Assembly (NCBI GenBank): GCA_024637275.1
Contig: JAGXFS010000104.1
Location: forward strand, 37 to 64,036
DNA from: Acidimicrobiia bacterium
GTDB taxonomy: Bacteria > Actinomycetota > Acidimicrobiia > Spongiisociales > JAENVV01
DNA: 64,000 nucleotides
Reading direction: 5' to 3'
Program-made: the position numbers and the translations under genes
Notes under the pieces: model-generated
Told to the model about the DNA's origin: nothing
What the model saw: only the letters and a program-made list of their open reading frames with translations
The model's database searches: none
In this document: piece after piece, positions 9,917 through 19,033 of the stretch
How positions within the stretch are numbered: the stretch's first letter is position 1
How the letters are laid out: each line of letters opens with the position of its first letter

Positions 9917-11566
9917 GTGACCAAATACATCTTTGTTACTGGCGGCGTTGTCTCCAGCTTGGGTAAAGGAATCACGGCAGCTTCCCTCGGTCGCCTGCTC
10001 AAAGAGCGCGGTCTGAAAGTCGTTCTTCAGAAGCTCGATCCGTACATCAACGTCGATCCAGGAACGATGAATCCGTTCCAGCACGGCGAGGTTTTTGTCA
10101 CCGATGACGGCGGGGAAACCGACCTCGATCTCGGTCACTACGAACGATTCACCGGAGTCAACCTCCGACGCGATGCGTCGATCTCGGCTGGCGCCGTCTA
10201 CTTGTCCGTCATCCAGAAGGAGCGACGTGGCGACTACCTGGGCGGAACGGTTCAGGTGATTCCGCACATCACCAACGAGATCAAATCCCGCATCAAACGT
10301 ATGGGCGAGAACGACGATATTGATGTCGTAATCTCGGAAGTCGGCGGAACCGTCGGTGACATCGAAGGCTTGCCGTTCCTCGAGGCGATCCGCCAATTCG
10401 CCAAAGATGTCGGACGCGAGAACGTGGCCTACATCCACGTCACGTTGGTGCCATACATTCCTGCTTCCGAGGAGCTTAAGTCCAAACCAACGCAGCACTC
10501 GGTCGCCGAACTGCGTAGCCGGGGTATTCATCCGGACGTGATTGTTGTTCGATCCGACCGACCCATCGACGATGCGGTTCGGCGCAAGATCAGCTTGTTC
10601 TGCGACGTGGATCCCGAAGCCGTCATCAACGCTCTCGACGCCCCCGATATCTACGAAGTGCCGCTGGCCCTCCATGCCGACGGCTTGGATCGCGTGATCC
10701 TGAAACGTCTTCACATCGAGGCTCCCGAGCCGGACCTCACCAATTGGGCCCGCATGGTCGCCAGGGTCGAGAATGCAACGGAGACGGTCACTGTCGGCCT
10801 AGTCGGCAAGTACGTTGACTTGCCAGATGCCTACCTTTCGGTCGTTGAGGCGCTGCGACACGGCGGGCTCGCCAACGACGTCAAAGTTGATCTGCGGTGG
10901 ATCCCCGCTGAGGATATGACCGGACTGTACGCGGCGAGTCATATGGAAGGTCTCGACGGCATCCTCATCCCGGGTGGTTTCGGTCCACGGGGCATCGAAG
11001 GAAAGATCGAAGCCATTCGTTTCGCCCGCGAGCAGGGCATTCCATTTCTGGGCCTTTGCCTCGGTCTGCAATGTGCCGTTATCGAGTATGCCCGCAACGT
11101 TGCAGGTCTCGCCAATGCCCATTCCGCCGAGTTCGAGCCTATGGCGCCCCATCGGGTCATCGACCTGATGGAAAGCCAACAAGATGTATCCGAAAAGGGC
11201 GGAACCATGCGCCTCGGCCTGTATGCCGCCAAGCTGGCCGAAGGGTCGCTGGTCGAATCCCTCTACGGCGACGAGGTGATCTACGAGCGCCACCGCCATC
11301 GCTACGAAGTCAACAACAAGTATCGGGCCCAGCTCGAGGCGGCCGGCCTTCGCCTTTCGGGCCTTTCCCCCGATGAGCGTCTCGTCGAGATTATCGAATT
11401 GCCCGGTCACCCGTTTTTTGTTGCAAGTCAGTTCCACCCTGAGTTCAAGTCGAGGCCCGACGAACCGCATCCGCTCTTTGAAGGATTCGTCCGCGCGTCG
11501 AAGGAACGGTCGCGCCAAGTCGATGCGGTCGACATCTCAACCAGCGTGGTTACCGAGACGATCTAG
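9917..11566 (+). CDS. pyrG: CTP synthase
   Basis: N-terminus [29 protein letters not shown] and a C-terminal glutamine amidotransferase domain (GLCLGLQ). GTG start. Confidence 0.95.
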   Translation: MTKYIFVTGGVVSSLGKGITAASLGRLLKERGLKVVLQKLDPYINVDPGTMNPFQHGEVFVTDDGGETDLDLGHYERFTGVNLRRDASISAGAVYLSVIQKERRGDYLGGTVQVIPHITNEIKSRIKRMGENDDIDVVISEVGGTVGDIEGLPFLEAIRQFAKDVGRENVAYIHVTLVPYIPASEELKSKPTQHSVAELRSRGIHPDVIVVRSDRPIDDAVRRKISLFCDVDPEAVINALDAPDIYEVPLALHADGLDRVILKRLHIEAPEPDLTNWARMVARVENATETVTVGLVGKYVDLPDAYLSVVEALRHGGLANDVKVDLRWIPAEDMTGLYAASHMEGLDGILIPGGFGPRGIEGKIEAIRFAREQGIPFLGLCLGLQCAVIEYARNVAGLANAHSAEFEPMAPHRVIDLMESQQDVSEKGGTMRLGLYAAKLAEGSLVESLYGDEVIYERHRHRYEVNNKYRAQLEAAGLRLSGLSPDERLVEIIELPGHPFFVASQFHPEFKSRPDEPHPLFEGFVRASKERSRQVDAVDISTSVVTETI

Positions 11567-12102
11567 TGCCGTTCCGCCGGGTCAGCAGGCAGGTCATTGC
11601 CACCGGCGCATTTCTGTCGTTTGATCGGATGGAGATCGAGAGTCCCGACGGTCAACGGGCTGAACGTTTTATGCTCTCGCATCCGGGCGCCGTGGCCTTT
11701 CTTCCGATCGACGGACCTGATGCCTTATTGGTGAGCCAGTATCGAGGACCGGTTGACCGTGACCTTCTCGAAGTGCCGGCCGGCAAGCTCGAACCGGATG
11801 ATACGGACCTTCGGGAGGCCGTCCGGCGTGAATGCGTGGAAGAGGTTGGTATGAATCCCGGGGTTATCAAGCCGCTTGGACACATGTTTACGAGCGGCGG
11901 GATAACCGACGAACGGATCGACCTGTTTTGGGTCGAACAACTGGAACCGGTCGCCCTACAGCCGGATGGCATCGAGGAAGAACACGCCGTGGTGGTTCGC
12001 TTCCCGGTCGCCGATCTGGAGCGCCTGGTCGGTTCGGGGGAGCTCACGGACGGCAAGTCCATCGCCACGATCGCTCGATACCTTTTTCAACACCGTGCTT
12101 GA
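11566..12102 (+). CDS. NUDIX hydrolase (ADP-ribose pyrophosphatase-like)
   Basis: Nudix box EVPAGKLEPDDTDLREAVRRECVEEVGM. Follows pyrG as in the mycobacterial pyrG–Rv1700–xerD arrangement (from memory). The GTG start overlaps the pyrG stop by 1 nt. Confidence 0.85.
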   Translation: MPFRRVSRQVIATGAFLSFDRMEIESPDGQRAERFMLSHPGAVAFLPIDGPDALLVSQYRGPVDRDLLEVPAGKLEPDDTDLREAVRRECVEEVGMNPGVIKPLGHMFTSGGITDERIDLFWVEQLEPVALQPDGIEEEHAVVVRFPVADLERLVGSGELTDGKSIATIARYLFQHRA

Positions 12103-12958
12103 GCGTGCCATAGACGAATACCTGTCATTCCTGGCCGCCGAAAGGGGGCTGGCGACCAACACCGTGCAGGCCTATCGCCGGGATCTGGGTCAGTACCGAT
12201 TGTCTGTTGGCGACGATCCTCAACTCGATGACATCGAGTCGTTTCTGGTTGGACTGACGGAACTCGGTCTCGCGACATCAAGCATTGCTCGTAAAATCGC
12301 TGCCGTTCGGGGTCTCCATCGCTTCATGGTTGCCGAAGGTCTACGAGATGACGATCCGACCGTTCTGATTGAAGCACCTACTCCACCCGACTCACTTCCC
12401 AAGGCTCTTGAAGTCGACCAGGTCGTGGCGCTACTGGAGGCCGCCTCGACGCCCGGTCGAGCTGCGACACGAAACCGAGCATTGGTTGAGTTTATGTACG
12501 GGTGCGGAGCACGGGTTAGCGAGGCGGTCGCGCTCAATCAGTATGACCTGGATCTTGTCGACCGGACGGCTCTGGTCACCGGTAAAGGGGATAAGCAACG
12601 TCTGGTCCCGCTCGGGTCCTTCGCGGTTGAACATCTCGGACTGTGGTTGCACGATCGAGTGGCATGGGTCGGCACGAGCCAACCGGCGGTGTTCATAAAC
12701 CAGCGCGGTGGGCGATTGTCACGTCAAAGCGTTTTTACCATCGTTCGGGTTGCCGCTGAGCAGGCAGGTCTCGGAGCCATCTCGCCGCACGTCCTGCGCC
12801 ATTCGGCGGCAACCCACATGGTCGAAGGCGGCGCAGACCTGCGGAGCGTCCAGGAGATGCTTGGCCATGCCAGTATTTCCACTACCCAGATCTACACCCG
12901 GGTATCCCCACAGCACCTCAGGGAAATCTACATCGAGGCGCACCCGCGCGGTCGTTAA
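12095..12958 (+). CDS. xerD: Tyrosine recombinase XerD
   Basis: N-terminus (LERAIDEYLSFLAAERGLATNTVQAYRRDL) and C-terminal catalytic residues (HVLRHSAATH...GH...Y in ISTTQIYTRV) of the XerC/D family. The conserved position after pyrG–nudix favours XerD. GTG 12095 is chosen; the longer ORF from 11966 would overlap the NUDIX gene by ~140 nt. Confidence 0.85.
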   Translation: MLERAIDEYLSFLAAERGLATNTVQAYRRDLGQYRLSVGDDPQLDDIESFLVGLTELGLATSSIARKIAAVRGLHRFMVAEGLRDDDPTVLIEAPTPPDSLPKALEVDQVVALLEAASTPGRAATRNRALVEFMYGCGARVSEAVALNQYDLDLVDRTALVTGKGDKQRLVPLGSFAVEHLGLWLHDRVAWVGTSQPAVFINQRGGRLSRQSVFTIVRVAAEQAGLGAISPHVLRHSAATHMVEGGADLRSVQEMLGHASISTTQIYTRVSPQHLREIYIEAHPRGR

Positions 12959-13049
12959 CGAAACCCTCGGCCAGGTGCACTAAGCCAGGCTAGGCTGAAA
13001 TGCGAGTCCCACCGTGGGGCTGGGTAGATCAGAGCGATACAGGTGGTCC

Positions 13050-13391
13050 ATGGTTGATTTCGACGAAGCGCGGGCCGAGTTGGCCAAAGAGCGGACGAAA
13101 CTGGTTCATCAACTTGCCGAGCTTGGGGCAACAGAAACCGGCGAATTACGGTCGGGTCTCAACCTTGGAGAGGGGTTCGCCGATGCCGGCGCAATCACCG
13201 CTGAGCGAACCGAACTATTGGGCCTCGCTGATGCTCTCGCCCAACAGGTTGCAGAGATTGACGAGGCGGTCGAGGCTATAGAGGCTGGGACCTATGGCGT
13301 GTGTTCCTCATGCGGCCAGGATATTCCGGCTGCCCGGCTTGAGGCACGACCTTCCTCCACGCTATGTGTGTCGTGTAAGTCGAAACGCTGA
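13050..13391 (+). CDS. DksA/TraR-family C4-type zinc-finger protein
   Basis: C-terminal CSSCGQDIPAARLEARPSSTLCVSCKS (CxxC-x17-CxxC) after a coiled-coil N-terminus. ATG 13050 is preceded by AGGTGG. Confidence 0.75.
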   Translation: MVDFDEARAELAKERTKLVHQLAELGATETGELRSGLNLGEGFADAGAITAERTELLGLADALAQQVAEIDEAVEAIEAGTYGVCSSCGQDIPAARLEARPSSTLCVSCKSKR

Positions 13392-13392
13392 G

Positions 13393-13869
13393 TTGCAGCT
13401 AGGTCATCTCGCGCGTCGGTTCTTTTCTTTTGCGGCTGCGCGGCCTCTGACGGCCGAAGAACTGGACGATGCCCGGATCAGGCTTGGCTCCGATGAGCTA
13501 GTCAACCTATTTCTCGCTCAACCAGTAGCCGACCAACGTCACGGATACGACGCAGGTTTGTGGCTGGTCGCAAGGGAAATGCCGTCCTGGACGGTACAAG
13601 CCGGGATGCTGCACGACATTGGAAAACGCCACGCCCGGATGGGCCGCTGGGGGAGGGCGACTACAACGGCTCTCAGCTGGGTCAAGGTCGTTCCCCGTGG
13701 ACGGATGTCGATCTACACTGCCCATGGTTCGATCGGAGCTGAAGAACTGGCCGCGAGGGGCGTCGACGCACGAATCGTTGCGTACACCGCCCATCATCAC
13801 GACCGTCGACCGACCGAACTGACGGACGCCGAGTGGAACCAGTTGGACGAGGCGGATCGAAGAAACTGA
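13393..13869 (+). CDS. HD-domain protein (putative metal-dependent phosphohydrolase)
   Basis: H...HDIGK motif and later His/Asp residues. TTG 13393 immediately follows the DksA-like stop. The upstream in-frame ORF portion overlaps the DksA gene and was rejected. Confidence 0.55.
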   Translation: MQLGHLARRFFSFAAARPLTAEELDDARIRLGSDELVNLFLAQPVADQRHGYDAGLWLVAREMPSWTVQAGMLHDIGKRHARMGRWGRATTTALSWVKVVPRGRMSIYTAHGSIGAEELAARGVDARIVAYTAHHHDRRPTELTDAEWNQLDEADRRN

Positions 13870-13909
13870 GCCGGAGATGCTGTCATAAACTGCACAAGGA
13901 CGTTGAATC

Positions 13910-14668
13910 GTGAGCTATGAAGTGAAGACGGCTGTGTTCGAGGGGCCGCTTGATTTGTTGCTCCAACTCATCACCAGACATCAAGTGGATATCACTCAGG
14001 TGAGCCTGGCGTCGATTGTCACGGAGTATCTTTCGTACCTTGACGAGATCCGGGGAATGGATCTGGAAGTGGCGTCGGAGTTCCTGCTCATCGCCGCCAC
14101 CCTGGTCCAGCTAAAAGCTCGCCACCTCCTGCCAGACGACGGTCCGATAGACATTGACGAAGAGCTGGCACTCATGGAGGAGCGCGACCGGCTGCTCGCC
14201 AGGCTCCTGGCGTGCGTCACGTTCAAGGACGTTGCGGCCGTGCTGCGCTACCGGCTCCAAGAAGGCAACCGCTACGTCGGTCGGCTCGGCGGACTTCCAC
14301 CTGAAATTGAACTCCCGCAGCCAGACATCCGGATTCCCGTAAATGCGGCCGGCCTCGCCGCCATTGCTCAAACTGTCTTCACGCGATTGCCACTCGAGCC
14401 GGACCTGGATCATTTGGAGCTTGACTTGCCGTCGGTGCAGGATGCCATGCACGACCTGCGAGCCAGGGTCGAGCTGCTCGCTGAGGTGACGTTCGAGGAC
14501 CTGGTCGAGCATTGTTCTCGCAAAGTTGAGGTCGTTGCCTATTTCCTGGCGCTGCTGGAGTTGGCGAGATGGGGAATGGTTGAGGTTGCCCAGACGGACT
14601 GGTTGGACCAGATCCAGGTGAAACATCTGGGGTCGATGGCGCCGATGACCAGCGAATGGGGGGGCTAG
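13910..14668 (+). CDS. scpA: Segregation and condensation protein A
   Basis: N-terminus FEGPLDLLLQLITRHQVDITQVSLASIVTEYLSYL is the ScpA signature. Followed by scpB. Confidence 0.9.
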   Translation: MSYEVKTAVFEGPLDLLLQLITRHQVDITQVSLASIVTEYLSYLDEIRGMDLEVASEFLLIAATLVQLKARHLLPDDGPIDIDEELALMEERDRLLARLLACVTFKDVAAVLRYRLQEGNRYVGRLGGLPPEIELPQPDIRIPVNAAGLAAIAQTVFTRLPLEPDLDHLELDLPSVQDAMHDLRARVELLAEVTFEDLVEHCSRKVEVVAYFLALLELARWGMVEVAQTDWLDQIQVKHLGSMAPMTSEWGG

Positions 14669-15228
14669 TGGAAACCAAAGCGCTGCTCGAAGCCATTCTG
14701 TTTGTTGCTGAGAACCCGGTTCCAGCTATCGAACTTGCCGAAGTAACCGAAGAAACCCAGGCACGCATTGTTGAGGTACTCAATGAGTTGGCCACCGAGC
14801 TCGCAGCGGCCGAGCGTGGTATCACGCTGCGGGAAGTGGCCGGTGGATGGAGACTATACGCCCATCCGGACTCGTTCGCTCATCTGGAGCGATACGCCGC
14901 CTCACCAACCGCCGCCAAATTGTCAGGCGCCGCCCTCGAGACCCTGGCTGTGGTCGCTTACCGTCAACCAGTGTCACGCGGCCAGATCGCCGAGATCCGC
15001 GGGGTCGACTCCGATTCCTCACTTCGCACGTTGGAGCGGCGCGGACTGGTCAGAGAGGTTGAGCGGCTTCCGCTTCCAGGAAATCCGGCCACGTATGGGA
15101 CAAGTGAACTCTTTCTTGAGAAGCTCGGCTTGCGGACCCTTGCTGACCTTCCTCCATTGGCCGATCATGTGCCGCCGCGCGAGATCGTCGAAACACTCGA
15201 AGAAACGTTCCGTCCTGACAGTGTCTGA
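14656..15228 (+). CDS. scpB: Segregation and condensation protein B
   Basis: LLEAILFVAENPVPAIELAEV...GWRLYAHPD is the ScpB winged-helix signature. Overlaps the scpA stop. Confidence 0.9.
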   Translation: MGGLVETKALLEAILFVAENPVPAIELAEVTEETQARIVEVLNELATELAAAERGITLREVAGGWRLYAHPDSFAHLERYAASPTAAKLSGAALETLAVVAYRQPVSRGQIAEIRGVDSDSSLRTLERRGLVREVERLPLPGNPATYGTSELFLEKLGLRTLADLPPLADHVPPREIVETLEETFRPDSV

Positions 15229-15988
15229 TCCGAGCGGACCCGACGCCGCCGAGGTGGGCGGGGCAGAGTCCGACACTGAAAAGCTCCAGAAAGTCATCGC
15301 CCGGTCCGGAGTGGCGTCGCGTCGCAGATCCGAAATGCTCATCGAAGAACGCAGAGTCACCGTCGACGGCGTGGTGGCCCATGTGGGTATGCGGGTAAAT
15401 CCTTCGGAGGTTACCGTCGAGGTAGATGGTGCCGTGATCCCGGTCGATCCAACCTTCGAGTACTACTTGCTCAACAAACCGGTTGGAGTTGTCTCGACGG
15501 CCGAAGACCCGCAGGGGCGCGAGACGGTCGTGAATCTCATCCCGACCGAGCAGCGAATCTACCCGGTTGGGCGCCTCGATCAAGACTCAGCAGGTCTCCT
15601 CATCTTGACCAATGACGGGGCCCTCACGGCCCGGTTGACCCATCCCCGTTACAACCTTCCCAAAGTGTATAACGTCCTCGTTCAGGGTTCGGTATCGGGT
15701 TCTGCGCTCAATCGGTTTACGTCCGGTATCGAACTCGACGACGGATTGGCTGTCGCTCAAGCTGCCCGTGTCGTGGATCGTTCTAGTAGTCAAACCATGC
15801 TGGAATTGGTTCTCACCGAAGGCCGCAATCGTGAAGTCCGGCGCATGGCCGAAGCGGTCGGGCATGAGGTTGTCTCTCTGTTTCGCATCGCGATTGGTCC
15901 AATTCGCGACGGAGGATTACGGTCCGGCATGTGGCGGAAATTGACCTCGGACGAAGTGCGATCACTCTATGAGGCAACAGATGACTGA
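15224..15988 (+). CDS. rluB: 23S rRNA pseudouridine synthase RluB (S4 domain + RsuA-type catalytic domain)
   Basis: S4 domain (LQKVIARSGVASRRRSEMLIEERRVTVDG) and catalytic motif YPVGRLDQDSAGLLILTNDG. The GTG start overlaps the scpB stop; the 406-aa ORF from 14768 is an out-of-frame shadow of scpB. Confidence 0.88.
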   Translation, partial: SDPSGPDAAEVGGAESDTEKLQKVIARSGVASRRRSEMLIEERRVTVDGVVAHVGMRVNPSEVTVEVDGAVIPVDPTFEYYLLNKPVGVVSTAEDPQGRETVVNLIPTEQRIYPVGRLDQDSAGLLILTNDGALTARLTHPRYNLPKVYNVLVQGSVSGSALNRFTSGIELDDGLAVAQAARVVDRSSSQTMLELVLTEGRNREVRRMAEAVGHEVVSLFRIAIGPIRDGGLRSGMWRKLTSDEVRSLYEATDD

Positions 15989-15996
15989 CCCAACAG

Positions 15997-17259
15997 ATGA
16001 CTGATATTCGGTCAGTCCGTCCTGGCGGCCCGGTCACTATTCGGGTACGGCCCCCGGGTTCCAAGAGCATCACGAATCGGGCGCTCCTCATAGCTGCCCT
16101 TGCCGAAGGTGAGAGTCGCCTTCTGCACCCCCTCCTCTCAGATGACACGGTCGCCATGAGAGCCGGCCTCACCCGCCTGGGTGCCGGGTTTTCCGAGTTC
16201 GAAGATGGGTTGCAGGTCACCGGCGGGAGTTTCAGTCCGGCGGACTTGCCCCTCGACGTGAATCTGTCCGGAACGTCGCTCAGGTTCCTGGTGGCTGCCG
16301 CCGTTCTCGCACCCGGTCAGACTGTGGTCGATGGCCGACCCCGTATTCGGGAACGGCCGATCGCGGCCCTCGCCAATGCGCTCGTCGACCTTGGCGTGAG
16401 CGTGACGACGGACCCCGACTCGGGAGGAGCGCCTGTGACAGTCGTCGGCGGATCGATGCGCGGTGGCGTTGTGGAGATTGACGCTTCCGTAAGCTCACAG
16501 CCGGTGTCCGCGCTGATGATGATCGCCCCTTACGCGGAAGCGCCGTTGACGATGGAGTTTGCGGGCGGCCAGAGCATCTCCGAGGAGTACCTACAGACCA
16601 CCGCCGAAGTCATGGCGGCATTCGGAATCGAACCCGTTCTGTCAGTGGGTCGGGTAACCGTGCCGATCGGTCGGTATCGTCCTCGCTCCTTTGTGGTGGA
16701 AGCGGACGCATCTGCGGCCGTCTACCCATGGTGTGCGGCGGCGATCACCGGCGGTGCGGTGTCTGTGCTCGGTATCAGTCCGTCGTCAACGCAGCCCGAT
16801 CTTGGCGTTCTCGAGATCTTGGAAGCTATGGGGTGTCGGATTCGTCGGACCACAGAGACGATCGTGGTGAGCGGACCCGCCCAACTGTCGGCTATAACCG
16901 CCGACCTCGGTCACTGTCCCGATGGGGCGATGGCCATTGCGGTCTGCGCAGCGTTCGCTGACGGGCCTTCTCACCTGACGGGCCTCTCCTCATGGTCAGT
17001 AAAAGAAACCGATCGCCTGATGGCGGTGGCGACCGAACTCAGGAAACTCGGGGCGACGGTTGAGCGATCTGACAGTTCGCTGACCATTGAGCCGCCGGGA
17101 GCGCTCCGGTCCGCCGATATTTCGACCTACGACGACCATCGGATGGCGATGGCGTTCTCGCTAGCTGGCCTTAAGGTCCCGGGCGTGCGGATCCTTGATC
17201 CGGGCGTCGTATCGAAGACCTGGCCGGAGTATTGGGACGAGATGGAGCGTTGGACATGA
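15997..17259 (+). CDS. aroA: 3-phosphoshikimate 1-carboxyvinyltransferase (EPSP synthase)
   Basis: LPGSKSITNRALLIAALAEGESRL (LxGSKS) and EPSP-synthase length/architecture. It is adjacent to cmk as in E. coli (aroA–cmk), but here it is inserted between rluB and cmk. Confidence 0.92.
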   Translation: MTDIRSVRPGGPVTIRVRPPGSKSITNRALLIAALAEGESRLLHPLLSDDTVAMRAGLTRLGAGFSEFEDGLQVTGGSFSPADLPLDVNLSGTSLRFLVAAAVLAPGQTVVDGRPRIRERPIAALANALVDLGVSVTTDPDSGGAPVTVVGGSMRGGVVEIDASVSSQPVSALMMIAPYAEAPLTMEFAGGQSISEEYLQTTAEVMAAFGIEPVLSVGRVTVPIGRYRPRSFVVEADASAAVYPWCAAAITGGAVSVLGISPSSTQPDLGVLEILEAMGCRIRRTTETIVVSGPAQLSAITADLGHCPDGAMAIAVCAAFADGPSHLTGLSSWSVKETDRLMAVATELRKLGATVERSDSSLTIEPPGALRSADISTYDDHRMAMAFSLAGLKVPGVRILDPGVVSKTWPEYWDEMERWT

Positions 17260-17903
17260 CCGGGTACGTAATCGCCATGGATGGTCCCGGCGGAAGTGGC
17301 AAGACGACCATTGCACGTTCGACCGCCATGCAACTGGATCTACCCCACCTGGACACGGGTGCGTACTACCGGGCGGCGACCGTGGCGGTTCGCAGAGCCG
17401 GGATCGACCCGGAGGACTCGGGATCGGTGGCCCTTCTGATTGAAGGGATTGACCTCCAGTATGACCAGGGGCGGATGATGCTTGACGGCGATGACGTAAG
17501 TGCCGAGATTCGATCCGACGCAACCACCCTTGCCGTGTCGGCAGTTTCGGCGATCGCACCGGTTCGCTCCCGACTCGTTGCACTCCAACGGAACTGGGTT
17601 ACCGAGCACGGTGGGTCGGCGGTCGTTGAAGGGCGCGACATTGGTACGGTCGTTTTTCCAGACGCTTCACTCAAACTGTTCATCACGGCACGGCCCGAAG
17701 TGCGAGCGATGCGTCGGGCGGGCGAGGTGGCCGGGGACCAGGACTTGATTCGTCAGGATCTTGCCAGGCGCGACACAATCGATTCCTCACGATCGGTCGC
17801 ACCGCTGCAGCGCGCCGAAGATGCCGTAGAGATCGACACAAGTGATTTGTCAATCGATGAGGTGATTTCGCAGGTTCTCAATCTCGTGAATCGAGAAACC
17901 TGA
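17256..17903 (+). CDS. cmk: Cytidylate kinase
   Basis: P-loop AMDGPGGSGKTTIA and the cytidylate kinase family sequence LDTGAYYRAAT. ATGA overlap with aroA. Confidence 0.92.
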   Translation: MTGYVIAMDGPGGSGKTTIARSTAMQLDLPHLDTGAYYRAATVAVRRAGIDPEDSGSVALLIEGIDLQYDQGRMMLDGDDVSAEIRSDATTLAVSAVSAIAPVRSRLVALQRNWVTEHGGSAVVEGRDIGTVVFPDASLKLFITARPEVRAMRRAGEVAGDQDLIRQDLARRDTIDSSRSVAPLQRAEDAVEIDTSDLSIDEVISQVLNLVNRET

Positions 17904-17913
17904 TAGTCCGGGC

Positions 17914-18963
17914 TCATGCCTCAGCGATGAGGTCGAGTGCTTCGGTTGCCGTCCAGTTCCGGTCGTCTTCGAGCAGTCCACGATCGCCGCGGCTGGCGGC
18001 TCCGAAACCAGCTTCAACGGTGGCCTGTAGAGCGGTGAGGAATCCACGAAGTTGAGGGGGGAGAGGGAAGTACTCGCCTTCTTTGGTCACCTGGACGAGT
18101 TCGACCCCGTTGGACGGATTGATTCGGTCGATGACTTGCGTCACGAGATGATCGGGAGCTGAGGCACCTGCCGTTACCCCCACGATATCGACGCCGTCGA
18201 GCCATTCATCCTTGATAGCTGCGGCACTGTCGATCCGGTGGGCAGGAATACCCGCTTGATGGGCCACTCTTACCAGCGCCCGCGTGTTCGAGGAGGAGTC
18301 ACTACCAACGACCAGGATGAGGTCGGCTGTTGATGAGAGTTGCTGAACCGCCTCCTGGCGGTTGGTGGTGGCGTAGCAAAGGTCGGACTTGCGGGCAGTC
18401 TTGAGTTCGGGGTATTGAGCTTGGGACTGTTCAAGAACGTCCTCCCACTCGAAAAGCCCGAGCGTCGTCTGGGCGAGCAAGGCCACCTTGGCGGGGTCTT
18501 TCGCCTGGAAGCCTTCAAGGCCACGTTCCGGCTCAATGAGCGTGATGTGCTCGGGCGCTTCGGCCACAGTTCCGATGGCTTCGTCATGACCCTCGTGTCC
18601 GATATACAGGATCTCGAATCCCTTGGCGGTAAGAGTCTTAACCTCGTGGTGAACTTTGGTGACAAGTGGGCAGACTGCGTCAACCACCACGCCAGCCGAG
18701 GCCTGTGCAGCGGCGACCACTTCGGGAGCCGACCCGTGTGCCGAAAGCATGACTGGTGCGCCGGGTGGCACCTCGTCCATGCTGTCGACGAATATCACTC
18801 CGACGCGCTCAAAGGCGTCAACCACCCACCGATTATGGACAATTTCGTGATAGCAGTACACCGGAGCCTCGAAGACCCGAACCATCCACGTCAGCGCCTT
18901 GATCGCCATTTCCACGCCCGCGCAGAAACCGCGGGGTTCGGCAAGTTGAACGCGTTTGACCAT
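17914..18963 (-). CDS. ispH: 4-hydroxy-3-methylbut-2-enyl diphosphate reductase
   Basis: N-terminus MVKRVQLAEPRGFCAGVEMAIK (first conserved Cys), plus HEGHDE and further conserved Cys/His motifs of LytB/IspH. Confidence 0.9.
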   Translation of the reverse strand: MVKRVQLAEPRGFCAGVEMAIKALTWMVRVFEAPVYCYHEIVHNRWVVDAFERVGVIFVDSMDEVPPGAPVMLSAHGSAPEVVAAAQASAGVVVDAVCPLVTKVHHEVKTLTAKGFEILYIGHEGHDEAIGTVAEAPEHITLIEPERGLEGFQAKDPAKVALLAQTTLGLFEWEDVLEQSQAQYPELKTARKSDLCYATTNRQEAVQQLSSTADLILVVGSDSSSNTRALVRVAHQAGIPAHRIDSAAAIKDEWLDGVDIVGVTAGASAPDHLVTQVIDRINPSNGVELVQVTKEGEYFPLPPQLRGFLTALQATVEAGFGAASRGDRGLLEDDRNWTATEALDLIAEA

Positions 18964-19033
18964 GGCCTCATGTTAGAGCTCGCCATCGGGTAGTCGATTC
19001 CAGCAGTGGTCCAATGCGCTCTAGAGTTCCGGT

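Noticed and set aside
9902-10714. 270-aa antisense ORF opposite pyrG (and similar long antisense ORFs at 10799..11518, 18968..19755, 45015..46241, 59212..60681, 23026..23985)
   Set aside because: High-GC DNA yields long stop-free antisense frames. The products are low-complexity (Arg/Pro/Gly/Ser-rich) and lack the GC3 bias and recognisable motifs of the sense-strand genes they overlap.
11966-12094. 330-aa version of XerD starting at 11966
   Set aside because: It overlaps the NUDIX gene by ~140 nt. The XerD family N-terminus aligns from VLERAIDEYL (GTG 12095).
14768-15223. 406-aa version of RluB starting at 14768
   Set aside because: The upstream 150 codons lie entirely inside scpB in another frame with no pseudouridine-synthase similarity. 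GTG 15224 overlaps the scpB stop and starts the S4 domain.
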